64,000 nt of DNA from NCBI GenBank assembly GCA_052090825.1, contig JBQDBK010000011.1:2103-66102 (forward strand). Reading direction: 5' to 3'. The notes under the pieces were generated by a model that ran no database searches, had not been told where the DNA came from, and saw only the letters and a program-made list of their open reading frames with translations. Each line of letters opens with the position of its first letter. Within the stretch, counting starts at the first letter, position 1. Source of the stretch: Peptoniphilaceae bacterium. Its GTDB lineage: Bacteria > Bacillota > Clostridia > Tissierellales > Peptoniphilaceae. Both the position numbers and the translations under genes were made by a program. Positions 31,540 through 40,105 of the stretch are shown one piece after another.

Positions 31540-32502
31540 ATGTGGAAGACTATAGTAAGAAGATTTTTAATAATGATACCTCAGCTTTTTATTCTTAGTT
31601 TATTAGTGTTTATATTAGGTAAAATGATGCCAGGAGATCCATTTACAGGTATGGTAAATCCTAAAGTAGATCCTTCAATAATTGAAAAATTAAGAGTTGA
31701 ATCTGGATATTATGATCCATGGTACGTACAGTATTTTAATTGGATAAAAAGAGCCTTACATGGAAATTTAGGATTAAGCTATAATTACAATTTACCTGTT
31801 TTGAAGGTAATAGGACCAAGAGCTCTAAATAGTTTTGCTTTGTCTTTTATTTCTTTAATAATGATGTATATGATAGCTATACCTTTTGGTATATTTGCTG
31901 GTAAAAATGCTGGTTCAAAGTTTGATAAGGGTGTGGTATTTTTTAATTTCTTTACTTTAGCTATACCAAGCTTTGTACTTTATTTATTTATGATATTAAT
32001 ATTCGGTTATAAATTAGGATGGTTTCCAACAATAGGATCTGTAGCTTCAAATTTAGCAAAGGGTAGCTTGCCTTATTATCTAAGTAAACTACACCACATG
32101 ATACTACCAGCCTTATCTATGGCTATACTTGGAACTACAGGAACAATTCAATATTTAAGAAATGAAATAATAGATGCTAAAACACTAGACTATGTGAAAA
32201 CAGCAAGAAGTAAAGGTGTTCCAATGAGAAAAGTTTATACTAATCATATATTTAGAAATTCTTTATTACCAATAGCTGCTTTCTTTGGATTTCAAATATC
32301 AAATCTCTTAGCGGGATCTGTTATAGCTGAGTCTATATTTAACTATCAAGGAATGGGGAAATTCTTTTTAGAATCGATTAATACTAGAGACTATAGTGTT
32401 GTAACAGCACTTATATTAATATATGGATTTTTATTTTTATTAGGATCACTTTTGTCTGACATCACTATGAGTATAGTTGATCCAAGAATAAGAATAGAAT
32501 AG
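31540..32502 (+). CDS. Peptide ABC transporter permease (second system, OppB-like)
   Basis: 320-aa polytopic protein with the EAA-like region VKTARSKGVP. Confidence 0.85.
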   Translation: MWKTIVRRFLIMIPQLFILSLLVFILGKMMPGDPFTGMVNPKVDPSIIEKLRVESGYYDPWYVQYFNWIKRALHGNLGLSYNYNLPVLKVIGPRALNSFALSFISLIMMYMIAIPFGIFAGKNAGSKFDKGVVFFNFFTLAIPSFVLYLFMILIFGYKLGWFPTIGSVASNLAKGSLPYYLSKLHHMILPALSMAILGTTGTIQYLRNEIIDAKTLDYVKTARSKGVPMRKVYTNHIFRNSLLPIAAFFGFQISNLLAGSVIAESIFNYQGMGKFFLESINTRDYSVVTALILIYGFLFLLGSLLSDITMSIVDPRIRIE

Positions 32503-32505
32503 GAG

Positions 32506-33480
32506 GTGATCATATTGTCAAACTTAGAATTCAAACCAGAAATGGAAGATCCAGAACTTCTTATAAATAAAGAAAAAGAAGAAGAGCTGGCAGAGGAGAA
32601 ATTGAGAAGTGAAAATCCAGTTGGCTTCAGTGTTATTTTAAGAGAGTTTAAAAAAGATAAACTTGCAACGTTTTGTTTTTTTGCCTTAGTAGGATTTATT
32701 TTATTTGTTTTTATAGGATCTTTATTCGTGGATATGGATACCTTAAATAGAGTAGATATTTTAAGAAAATATGATCCGCCTTCATTTGAAAGTATTTGGG
32801 ATATACTAGGAAGAGATAATGGAGGAAAATCTATTTTTGGAATGTTATTAGTAGGAGCAAGAAATTCTATAACAATAGGTGTAGCAATAACTCTTTTAAC
32901 AACTTTACTAGGTCTAATAAGTGGATTAGCCATGGGTTATTATGGTGGATTAGTAGATAATATTATAATGAGAATTGTGGACTTTATAGGTACACTACCT
33001 ACACTTATGATAATTATAGTTTTTGTAACAATAGTACCAACTTATAACATATTATCATTTATTTTAATCATGACAGCTTTTTATTGGGTTGGAACTGCAA
33101 GGTTAGTTAGGTCAAAAGCTTTATCAGAAGGAAGAAGAGATTATGTAAATGCGTCTAAGATTATGGGTACAAATGATTTAAAAATAATGTTTGGAGGAAT
33201 TCTACCTAATATATCTTCTATAATAATAGTAGATGGAACTTTAGCTCTAGCAGCTAATATTGGAATAGAAACTTCTTTATCATTTTTAGGTTTTGGGTTT
33301 CCACCTAACATTCCATCTTTGGGGACTTTAATATCATTAGCATCAAAACCGGAAATAATACAGTATAAGACTTATGTTTGGCTACCAGCAGCCATAACAA
33401 TTTTATTTATGATGCTTTGTATAAATTATGTAGGACAAGCCTTAAGGAGAGCATCTGATGCTAAACAAAGACTTGGTTAA
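32506..33480 (+). CDS. Peptide ABC transporter permease (second system, OppC-like)
   Basis: 324 aa. GTG start is preceded by AGGAGG. Has an acidic N-terminal extension and then the OppC-type TM core (VNASKIMGTN). Confidence 0.8.
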   Translation: MIILSNLEFKPEMEDPELLINKEKEEELAEEKLRSENPVGFSVILREFKKDKLATFCFFALVGFILFVFIGSLFVDMDTLNRVDILRKYDPPSFESIWDILGRDNGGKSIFGMLLVGARNSITIGVAITLLTTLLGLISGLAMGYYGGLVDNIIMRIVDFIGTLPTLMIIIVFVTIVPTYNILSFILIMTAFYWVGTARLVRSKALSEGRRDYVNASKIMGTNDLKIMFGGILPNISSIIIVDGTLALAANIGIETSLSFLGFGFPPNIPSLGTLISLASKPEIIQYKTYVWLPAAITILFMMLCINYVGQALRRASDAKQRLG

Positions 33481-33533
33481 TTAGGTAATAAGCTTTTTAG
33501 CTTTTACAATATAATTTCTTAGGAGGATAAAAT

Positions 33534-35342
33534 ATGAATAAAAAATGGGTTAGCAAAATAACATTATTATTAGCTTTCATGTTTTTACTAACAGCTTGTG
33601 GAGGAGGATCTAGTAAACAAGAATCTCTAGGTAGTTCTGAAATAGAAAAAAAATATCCAGCTGTAGTTGAAAATGAAGGTGAAGTAATAGACGGAAGTAA
33701 TCTTACTTTAAAAGTAGGTGTAGTTTCAGATTCGCCATATAAGGGGATTTTCAATGGTTTTCTTTATAAAGATAGTATTGATGAAAGGTTTATGAAATAT
33801 ACTATGCTTGGAGCCTTTCCAATTGATGGTGATTTAAAGCTAATTGCAGATAGTGATGAAACTCCAATTAAATTAACTTTTGACTTAGAGAATAAAACAG
33901 TGAATTATAAAATTAATCCTAAATTTAAATGGTCAAATGGAGAACAAGTTACTACAGCAGATATAGTTAAGACATATGAAATTGTTGCAAATAATGATTA
34001 TATAGTTTCAGCTAAATCAGTAAGATATGGCGATGAAATGAAAATAATAGAAGGAATTGAAGAATATAACAAAGGAAAAGCTGATAAAATTTCAGGACTT
34101 GAAGTTATAGATGATTCTAATATGAAGATTCATTTAAAAGAAATGACTCCAGGAATTTACTGGGGAGGACCATTTGTTAGTGAATTTGTAAATGCAAAAC
34201 AATTTGAAGGCGTTGCAATGAATAAAATTATTGAATCACCAGCTCTAAGACAAAATCCATTATCTTATGGACCTTATGTTATGAAGAGTCAAGTAATGGG
34301 AGAAAAAATATTATTTGAAGCTAATCCTTATTATTATAAGGGAGAACCAAATATTAAAAATTTAGAGATGCAAATACTTCCACCATCCCAACAAGTTGCA
34401 TCAATGGAGTCTGGTAAATACGATATAGTAATGGATGCCAATGCAGATGTTTTCCCACAAATTGAACCATTAGAAAATATGACTATAGCTTCTAGAATGG
34501 ACCTTTATATGTCTTATCTAGGTTTCCGTGTAGGAACTTATGATAGACAAAATAGCAAAATAATAACAGATACAAATTCAAAAATGTATGATGTTAATTT
34601 AAGAAAAGCTATGGGACATGCCATAGACAATGATACTATTGGAGAAAAATTCTACAATGGATTAAGATTCCATGCTGTAAGCCCAATAGCACCAATTTTC
34701 AAAAACTTACACGATCCAGAAATTAAGGGCATAGAATTTGATATGGACAAAGCTAAATCTCTTTTAGATGAGGCTGGATACAAAGATGTTGATGGTGATG
34801 GATTTAGAGAAGATAAAGATGGAAATCCATTAGTAATAAATTATGCATCTATGACTGGATCAGAAATTGCTGAACCACTAGCACAATATAATATTCAACA
34901 ATGGAAAGATATAGGACTTAATGTTAAATTATTAAATGGAAGGCTTTTGGATCTTAACAATTTCTATGACAAATTAGAAGCAGATGATCCTCAAATTGAT
35001 GTATTCTCTGCAGCTTTTGGATTGGCATCAGATCCTAACCCAACAGGGCTATATGGAGATAGTGAGGCTTTTAACTATTCAAGATATACTTCTGATAAAC
35101 TTCAAAGTTCTCTAGAAGCATTAGGATCAAATGAAGCGTTGGATCCAGAAAATCAAGCTAAATTATATCATGAATTTGAAAAAATATTTCAAGAGGAATC
35201 TCCATCTATCCCTATGTTAAATAGGGTAGAATTTATGCCAATTAATAAGAGAATAAAATTTTATGATTGGTCTATGGATGATGAGAGCGGATTTGATTGG
35301 TCTAAGATAGAACTTACAGCTGAAGAACCAATAGCAAATTAA
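33534..35342 (+). CDS. Peptide ABC transporter substrate-binding lipoprotein (second system)
   Basis: Lipobox LTACGGGSS. 602-aa family-5 SBP-like protein. RBS AGGAGG upstream. Confidence 0.85.
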   Translation: MNKKWVSKITLLLAFMFLLTACGGGSSKQESLGSSEIEKKYPAVVENEGEVIDGSNLTLKVGVVSDSPYKGIFNGFLYKDSIDERFMKYTMLGAFPIDGDLKLIADSDETPIKLTFDLENKTVNYKINPKFKWSNGEQVTTADIVKTYEIVANNDYIVSAKSVRYGDEMKIIEGIEEYNKGKADKISGLEVIDDSNMKIHLKEMTPGIYWGGPFVSEFVNAKQFEGVAMNKIIESPALRQNPLSYGPYVMKSQVMGEKILFEANPYYYKGEPNIKNLEMQILPPSQQVASMESGKYDIVMDANADVFPQIEPLENMTIASRMDLYMSYLGFRVGTYDRQNSKIITDTNSKMYDVNLRKAMGHAIDNDTIGEKFYNGLRFHAVSPIAPIFKNLHDPEIKGIEFDMDKAKSLLDEAGYKDVDGDGFREDKDGNPLVINYASMTGSEIAEPLAQYNIQQWKDIGLNVKLLNGRLLDLNNFYDKLEADDPQIDVFSAAFGLASDPNPTGLYGDSEAFNYSRYTSDKLQSSLEALGSNEALDPENQAKLYHEFEKIFQEESPSIPMLNRVEFMPINKRIKFYDWSMDDESGFDWSKIELTAEEPIAN

Positions 35343-35356
35343 ATATGAATAAAAAA

Positions 35357-35387
35357 AGAGAAGTTTAATTAAGCTTCTCTTTTTTTA
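35357..35387 (+). terminator. Intrinsic terminator after the second peptide transporter operon
   Basis: AGAGAAGTTTAA / TTAAGCTTCTCT hairpin (one G-U pair) followed by a T7 run. Confidence 0.8.
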
Positions 35388-35808
35388 TTTATATTCAATA
35401 AGTTAATTTTAGGAAAGAGAAGATAAATTCTTTAAAAATCTATAATGAATATTGGGGGTTGCTTTATAAATATAAAGAAGTAAAGATAATAGCAAGAGAT
35501 TTATTGAATATTTAAAGCTTAGAAGTGGCTTGATAAAGCTTGATATCTTTGGGAATTTAAAATACAAATTTGAATAAATATATTATAGACAAAAATATTA
35601 TGAAGAAATAGTGAGGTTTAAAAAAGCAGTAATATCAAAGCGTACAAGAGGGTAAGGATAACATTATATATATCCTGATTTATAATAAGTATTATTTAAT
35701 TTAACAATATAAAATATTTTAATAAAATAATAATTTTGATTTTAATTTTATGAGTTAAGGGTATATTAATTTATAGAGATTATAAACTTAGGAATTAAAA
35801 AGAAAGTC

Positions 35809-35850
35809 TTGACATGCCAAAAACAATCTTATACTATATCAGTATAGTAT
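35809..35850 (+). promoter_or_regulatory. Candidate sigma-A promoter with an overlapping 8-4-8 palindromic operator
   Basis: TTGACA (35809-35814), 17-nt spacer, TACTAT (35832-35837). A perfect inverted repeat ATACTATA-tcag-TATAGTAT (35831-35850) covers the -10 and the likely transcription start. Confidence 0.45.
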
Positions 35851-36019
35851 GTTTTGTTTATTTTAGATGAAATTATATTTTTTTATACTATAGAAAACCT
35901 TTTCTATATCTAATAAAAAGTATAATTTTTATGCAAAAATATAAGCAACTAAAGTTTTTTGGATTGACAATAAGGCTGAAACTAAGATTTTAATTTATTA
36001 AAGAAAGAGGGGCAAATAA

Positions 36020-37954
36020 ATGTTATTTAAAACTAATCAAGAGCATGAAGAATTAAGAAAAGCAATTAGAGAATTTTCTGAAGCAGAAATAAAACCTATA
36101 GCATTTTCTTTAGATCAAAACAATGAATTTCCTGATGAAATTATTAAAAAAATTGGAGAAAATGGATGGATGGGCTTACCATATTCTAAAAAAGATGGTG
36201 GAGCTGGAAAAGATGTATTATCTTATGCAATTGCAGTAGAAGAACTTTCAAGAGTTGATGGTGGAGTAGGTGTAATTTTATCTGCACATACATCTTTGGG
36301 ATCTTATCCTATAGAAGCTTTTGGTACAGAGGAACAAAAGAAAAAATACTTAGTACCTTTAGCAAAAGGAGAAGCTATTGGTGCATTTGGTCTAACAGAA
36401 CCAGAAGCAGGAAGTGATGCTGGTGGGACTGAAACTGTAGCAGAACTAGATGGAGACCATTACATTTTAAATGGTAATAAAATATATATAACTAATGCAC
36501 CAAAAGCTGATTATTATATTGTTTTTGCAGTTACAACACCTGGAATAGGAACTCACGGTATATCAGCTTTTATAGTTGAAAGAGGATGGGAAGGATTTGG
36601 ATTTGGAGATCATTATGATAAATTAGGTATAAGATCTTCTTCTACAGCTGAATTAACATTTGATAATGTAAAAGTACCAAAAGAAAATCTATTAGGTAAA
36701 GAAGGACAAGGTTTTAGAATTGCAATGCAAACACTTGATGGTGGTCGTATTGGTATTGCGGCTCAAGCTTTAGGTATAGCTCAAGGAGCTTATGAAGCGG
36801 CTTTAAAATATGCTAAGGAAAGAATTCAATTTGGTAAACCAATTGCTAGACAACAAATTATTTCTTTTAAATTAGCTGATATGGCTACAAAATTAAGATG
36901 TGCTAGATTTCTAGTATATTCAGCAGCAGAAATGAAACAAAACCATGAAAATTATGGTATGGAAGCAGCCATGGCAAAACAATACGCTTCAGATGTATGT
37001 TTAGAAATTGTAAATGATGCTCTTCAAATACATGGTGGTGCTGGATATCTAAAAGGTATGGACGTAGAAAGATTCTATCGTGATGCTAAGATAACTACTA
37101 TTTATGAAGGAACAAATGAAATTCAAAGAGTAGTTATAGCTGCAAATATAATTGGTAAATTACCTAGAAGTAAAAGAGGTTCAGCAGGAGTAGCAGCAAA
37201 AAAAGAAGGGCCTATAACTGGAAATAGAAAAAGACAAATAATCAAGGCGGATACAGCTAAAGAGGCAGTAGATGAATTAGTTGCTAATCTTAAAAAAGAT
37301 GGATATGACTTTACCGTGGGAATAGATATAGATACTCCGATTTATGAGTCAGAAAGAGTAGTTAGTATTGGTAAAGGAATTGGCTCAAAAGAAAATTTAG
37401 AAATGGCAAGAGAGTTAGCTCATGCAGCTGGTGCTTCTTTAGGTAGTTCAAGACCAGTAGCTGAAACAATGAAACTTTTACCTCTAGAAAGATATGTAGG
37501 AATGTCTGGTCAAAAATTTAAGGGAAATTTATATATAGCTTGTGGTATTTCAGGAGCATCTCAACACCTTAAAGGAATAAAAGATGCATCTACTATTGTA
37601 GCTATTAATAAAAATTCTGGAGCACCTATCTTTAAAAATGCTGATTATGGAATAGTAGGAGATATGCACGAAATAATGCCACTTCTAGCTGAAGCTTTGG
37701 GAACAGGTGAAAAGAAAGAAGCTCCTCCAATGAAAAAAGTTAGAAGATCAAAACCTAGAAAATTAGCCCCAACTTATGGAGTATATGTATGTCCAGGTTG
37801 TGGATATGAATACGATCCAAATGTTGGAGATCCAGAAGGAGAAATTGATCCAGGAACAACTTTTGAAAAACTTCCAGATGATTGGACTTGTCCAGAATGT
37901 CAAGAAGAAAAACAAAACTTTATTGAAGAAGAATATCCAGAGGATAGAAAGTAA
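36020..37954 (+). CDS. Tri-domain fusion: acyl-CoA dehydrogenase + ETF-alpha C-terminal FAD domain + rubredoxin
   Basis: aa 1-~380 carry ACAD signatures ([21 protein letters not shown], catalytic-base context [10 protein letters not shown]). aa ~430-560 match the ETF-alpha FAD-domain signature ([29 protein letters not shown]). aa ~586-640 form a rubredoxin (CPGC ... CPEC). The reading frame is uninterrupted, and RBS AGAGGGG lies upstream. Confidence 0.85.
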   Translation: MLFKTNQEHEELRKAIREFSEAEIKPIAFSLDQNNEFPDEIIKKIGENGWMGLPYSKKDGGAGKDVLSYAIAVEELSRVDGGVGVILSAHTSLGSYPIEAFGTEEQKKKYLVPLAKGEAIGAFGLTEPEAGSDAGGTETVAELDGDHYILNGNKIYITNAPKADYYIVFAVTTPGIGTHGISAFIVERGWEGFGFGDHYDKLGIRSSSTAELTFDNVKVPKENLLGKEGQGFRIAMQTLDGGRIGIAAQALGIAQGAYEAALKYAKERIQFGKPIARQQIISFKLADMATKLRCARFLVYSAAEMKQNHENYGMEAAMAKQYASDVCLEIVNDALQIHGGAGYLKGMDVERFYRDAKITTIYEGTNEIQRVVIAANIIGKLPRSKRGSAGVAAKKEGPITGNRKRQIIKADTAKEAVDELVANLKKDGYDFTVGIDIDTPIYESERVVSIGKGIGSKENLEMARELAHAAGASLGSSRPVAETMKLLPLERYVGMSGQKFKGNLYIACGISGASQHLKGIKDASTIVAINKNSGAPIFKNADYGIVGDMHEIMPLLAEALGTGEKKEAPPMKKVRRSKPRKLAPTYGVYVCPGCGYEYDPNVGDPEGEIDPGTTFEKLPDDWTCPECQEEKQNFIEEEYPEDRK

Positions 37955-37971
37955 TAAGGAGGATATAGATT

Positions 37972-39213
37972 ATGTATGCAGTTAGAAAAGTTACTGATGA
38001 CTTATATTGGGTTGGTGGAAATGACCACAGATTAGAATTATTCGAAAATATTTTTCCTATACCAAAGGGAGTTTCCTATAATTCATATTTATTACTAGAT
38101 AAAAAAACTGTTTTATTTGATTCAGTTGATTGGTCAATAGCTCGTGATTTAATAGAAAATATTAAGTCTGTACTTGATGGAAAAGACCTTGACTATTTTG
38201 TAATCCATCATATGGAACCTGATCATGCAGCTGGAATTGAAGAAGTTTGTATGAGATATCCAAATGTAAAACTTGTTTCAAGTGAACAAGGTTTTGAAAT
38301 AATGAGACAATTAGGATACGATTTAATAGAAAAACACGAATGTATAATTGTTAAAGAAGGCGACACTATGAACTTTGGTGAGCATACTTTTGCCTTTGTA
38401 GAAGCACCAATGGTACATTGGCCAGAAGTTATCTTAAGTTATGATACTAAAGATGGAGTATTATTTGCTGCAGATGCCTTTGGTACATTCGGAGCCTTAG
38501 ATGGTAAGTTGTTTAATGATGAAGTTAATTTTGATAGAGATTGGTTAGATGAAGCTAGAAGATATTATACTAATATTGTTGGTAAATATGGTCCTTTTGT
38601 TCAAGATGTATTAAAAAAAGCTTCTACTTTAGATATTAAATATATTTGTCCACTTCATGGTCCAGTTTGGAGAAATAATTTTGAATACATTATTGATAAA
38701 TATGACAAATGGTCAAAATATGAACCTGAAGAAACTGGTGTTATGATAGCTTATGCTTCAATGTATGGAAATACAGAACGTGCTGCCCAAGCTTTAGCTA
38801 GTGAGCTTTGTGATAAGGGTATGACAAATGTAGTTGTTCACGATGTATCAAATACACATATGTCTGAATTAATATCTGACTCTTTTAAATATTCTCATAT
38901 AGTTTTAGCTTCTGTAACTTACAACTTAGAAATTTATCCAATTATGAAAAACTTTATAATGGATATGGCAGCTTTGAACCTACAAAACAGAACTGTTGGA
39001 ATAATTGAAAATGGTAGTTGGGCTTGTACAGTAGGTGACAAGATGGAAGAGTTTGTAGAAGAGCAATTAAAATTAGTAGACGTTTTAAATGACAGAGTTA
39101 CAGTTAACTCGGCTTTAAATGAAGCTAATGCTAATGATATGCATAGTTTAGCTGATTCAATTTTAGAATCAATGGAAAAAATTAAAGAAATTAAAGAAAA
39201 ATTCAATAAATAA
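37972..39213 (+). CDS. Class-A flavodiiron protein (FprA / rubredoxin:oxygen or NO oxidoreductase type)
   Basis: 413 aa with a metallo-beta-lactamase-like diiron motif HHMEPDHAAG and a C-terminal flavodoxin-like domain (VMIAYASMYGNTE). RBS AAGGAGG upstream. Starts 17 nt after the fusion gene. Confidence 0.9.
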   Translation: MYAVRKVTDDLYWVGGNDHRLELFENIFPIPKGVSYNSYLLLDKKTVLFDSVDWSIARDLIENIKSVLDGKDLDYFVIHHMEPDHAAGIEEVCMRYPNVKLVSSEQGFEIMRQLGYDLIEKHECIIVKEGDTMNFGEHTFAFVEAPMVHWPEVILSYDTKDGVLFAADAFGTFGALDGKLFNDEVNFDRDWLDEARRYYTNIVGKYGPFVQDVLKKASTLDIKYICPLHGPVWRNNFEYIIDKYDKWSKYEPEETGVMIAYASMYGNTERAAQALASELCDKGMTNVVVHDVSNTHMSELISDSFKYSHIVLASVTYNLEIYPIMKNFIMDMAALNLQNRTVGIIENGSWACTVGDKMEEFVEEQLKLVDVLNDRVTVNSALNEANANDMHSLADSILESMEKIKEIKEKFNK

Positions 39214-39224
39214 ATATTTGATGT

Positions 39225-39267
39225 AAATAAACCATAGGTTATCTACCCTATGGTTTATTTATGTTTT
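39225..39267 (+). terminator. Intrinsic terminator after the flavodiiron gene
   Basis: AAATAAACCATAGG (39225-39238) / CCTATGGTTTATTT (39247-39260), followed by a T-rich tract. Confidence 0.8.
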
Positions 39268-39298
39268 TACAAGTCCTATAATTTAGTGACTAAATTAT

Positions 39299-39326
39299 AG
39301 GGAAGGTGCTTAAGGGAAGGTGCTTA
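39299..39326. repeat. Two tandem copies of a 14-bp unit
   Basis: AGGGAAGGTGCTTA occurs twice back to back, immediately after an 11-bp-stem hairpin CCTATAATTTA gtgac TAAATTATAGG (39275-39301). Confidence 0.8.
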
Positions 39327-39535
39327 TATGAAAAATATTTAAAGAACTTTAAAGATTCCTTTGTATTTTTAATTATAATTTCAAATATTATATTTAGTGA
39401 TTCCTATGAGTATATATAAATATAAACTTACTTAAAAAGTAAAAAATTTTATTAAAAGAATTTATATTATTTTTTATACTAATGAGTATTATAGACTTTA
39501 TATCTGAGAATTTTAAAGGAAATAAGAATACATAA

Positions 39536-39572
39536 TAAAAAAATACTATCTTCAAATGAGATAGTATTTTTG
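39536..39572. terminator. Terminator downstream of the minus-strand operon (palindromic, usable in both directions)
   Basis: ATACTATCT tcaaatg AGATAGTAT flanked by A7 and T5 runs. Confidence 0.7.
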
Positions 39573-39573
39573 T

Positions 39574-40062
39574 CTATAAAAATATTAAACCGCTAAAGTA
39601 GGATAAAAGAAGACCTGATACAAAGTTACCTAAGGCTATTATTAATATGGAGGTTTTTTTGTTTAAGTTGACTATATTTGCTATTAAGGAAGCAGACCAA
39701 ACTCCTGTACCTGGTAAGGGAATAGCAACTAATAAGAAAAGTCCAAATTTTTTAAATTTAATAGCTTTTTCATATTTAATGTGTGATTTCTTTACTAAAT
39801 GACTAATGGTATTTTTTAAAATATTCCTACTTTTTAAAAAGTTAAAAACATGTCTGATATAATAAACTATAAATATTGAAGGTATAAGAGATCCTATATA
39901 AGATATAGAAAAACATTTAAACCAGTGCATATCTAATGATATACCAATAGGAATTGCTAATTTCATTTCAGCTAAGGGTAGCATAGATATGAAAAAAATA
40001 GCAAGTTCTTTAGATAATATAGTACTTAGTTTCTCAGCTATATAATTCATTATGTCCTCCAA
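39574..40062 (-). CDS. Small membrane protein of the 'small multidrug export' (COG2426-like) family
   Basis: 162 aa, about 4 TM segments, with the PLPGTGVWSA motif typical of this family. Confidence 0.6.
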   Translation of the reverse strand: MEDIMNYIAEKLSTILSKELAIFFISMLPLAEMKLAIPIGISLDMHWFKCFSISYIGSLIPSIFIVYYIRHVFNFLKSRNILKNTISHLVKKSHIKYEKAIKFKKFGLFLLVAIPLPGTGVWSASLIANIVNLNKKTSILIIALGNFVSGLLLSYFSGLIFL

Positions 40063-40105
40063 AAAAATAAGATATTTATAATTATAATTTTATTAAAAAT
40101 AAGTT

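Noticed and set aside
32391-32933. A 180-aa antisense ORF spanning the junction of the two permease genes of the second peptide transporter.
   Set aside because: It is the longest shadow ORF, but it lies fully antisense to two well-supported permease genes. It has no RBS, and its sequence is low-complexity (SSASSSSFSLF...).
21930-35342. The two peptide ABC transporter operons as a recent tandem duplication or assembly artefact.
   Set aside because: The gene order is permuted (ABCDF versus DFBCA) and the paralogous proteins differ extensively at the amino-acid level. They are old paralogues.
35400-35990. Small ORFs in the long non-coding region, e.g. MNIGGCFINIKK at ~35446, an 18-codon MPKTILYYISIVCFVYFR from 35815 and a 20-codon MQKYKQLKFFGLTIRLKLRF from 35931.
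   Set aside because: None has an RBS. One starts inside the predicted -35/-10 spacer. They are no longer than expected by chance in AT-rich DNA.
36020-37954. The ACAD-ETF-rubredoxin fusion as an artefact of a missed stop or frameshift between separate genes.
   Set aside because: The reading frame is continuous across both domain junctions. The linker sequences look plausible, with no internal RBS plus start codon arrangement at the junctions. Only resequencing could exclude an error completely.
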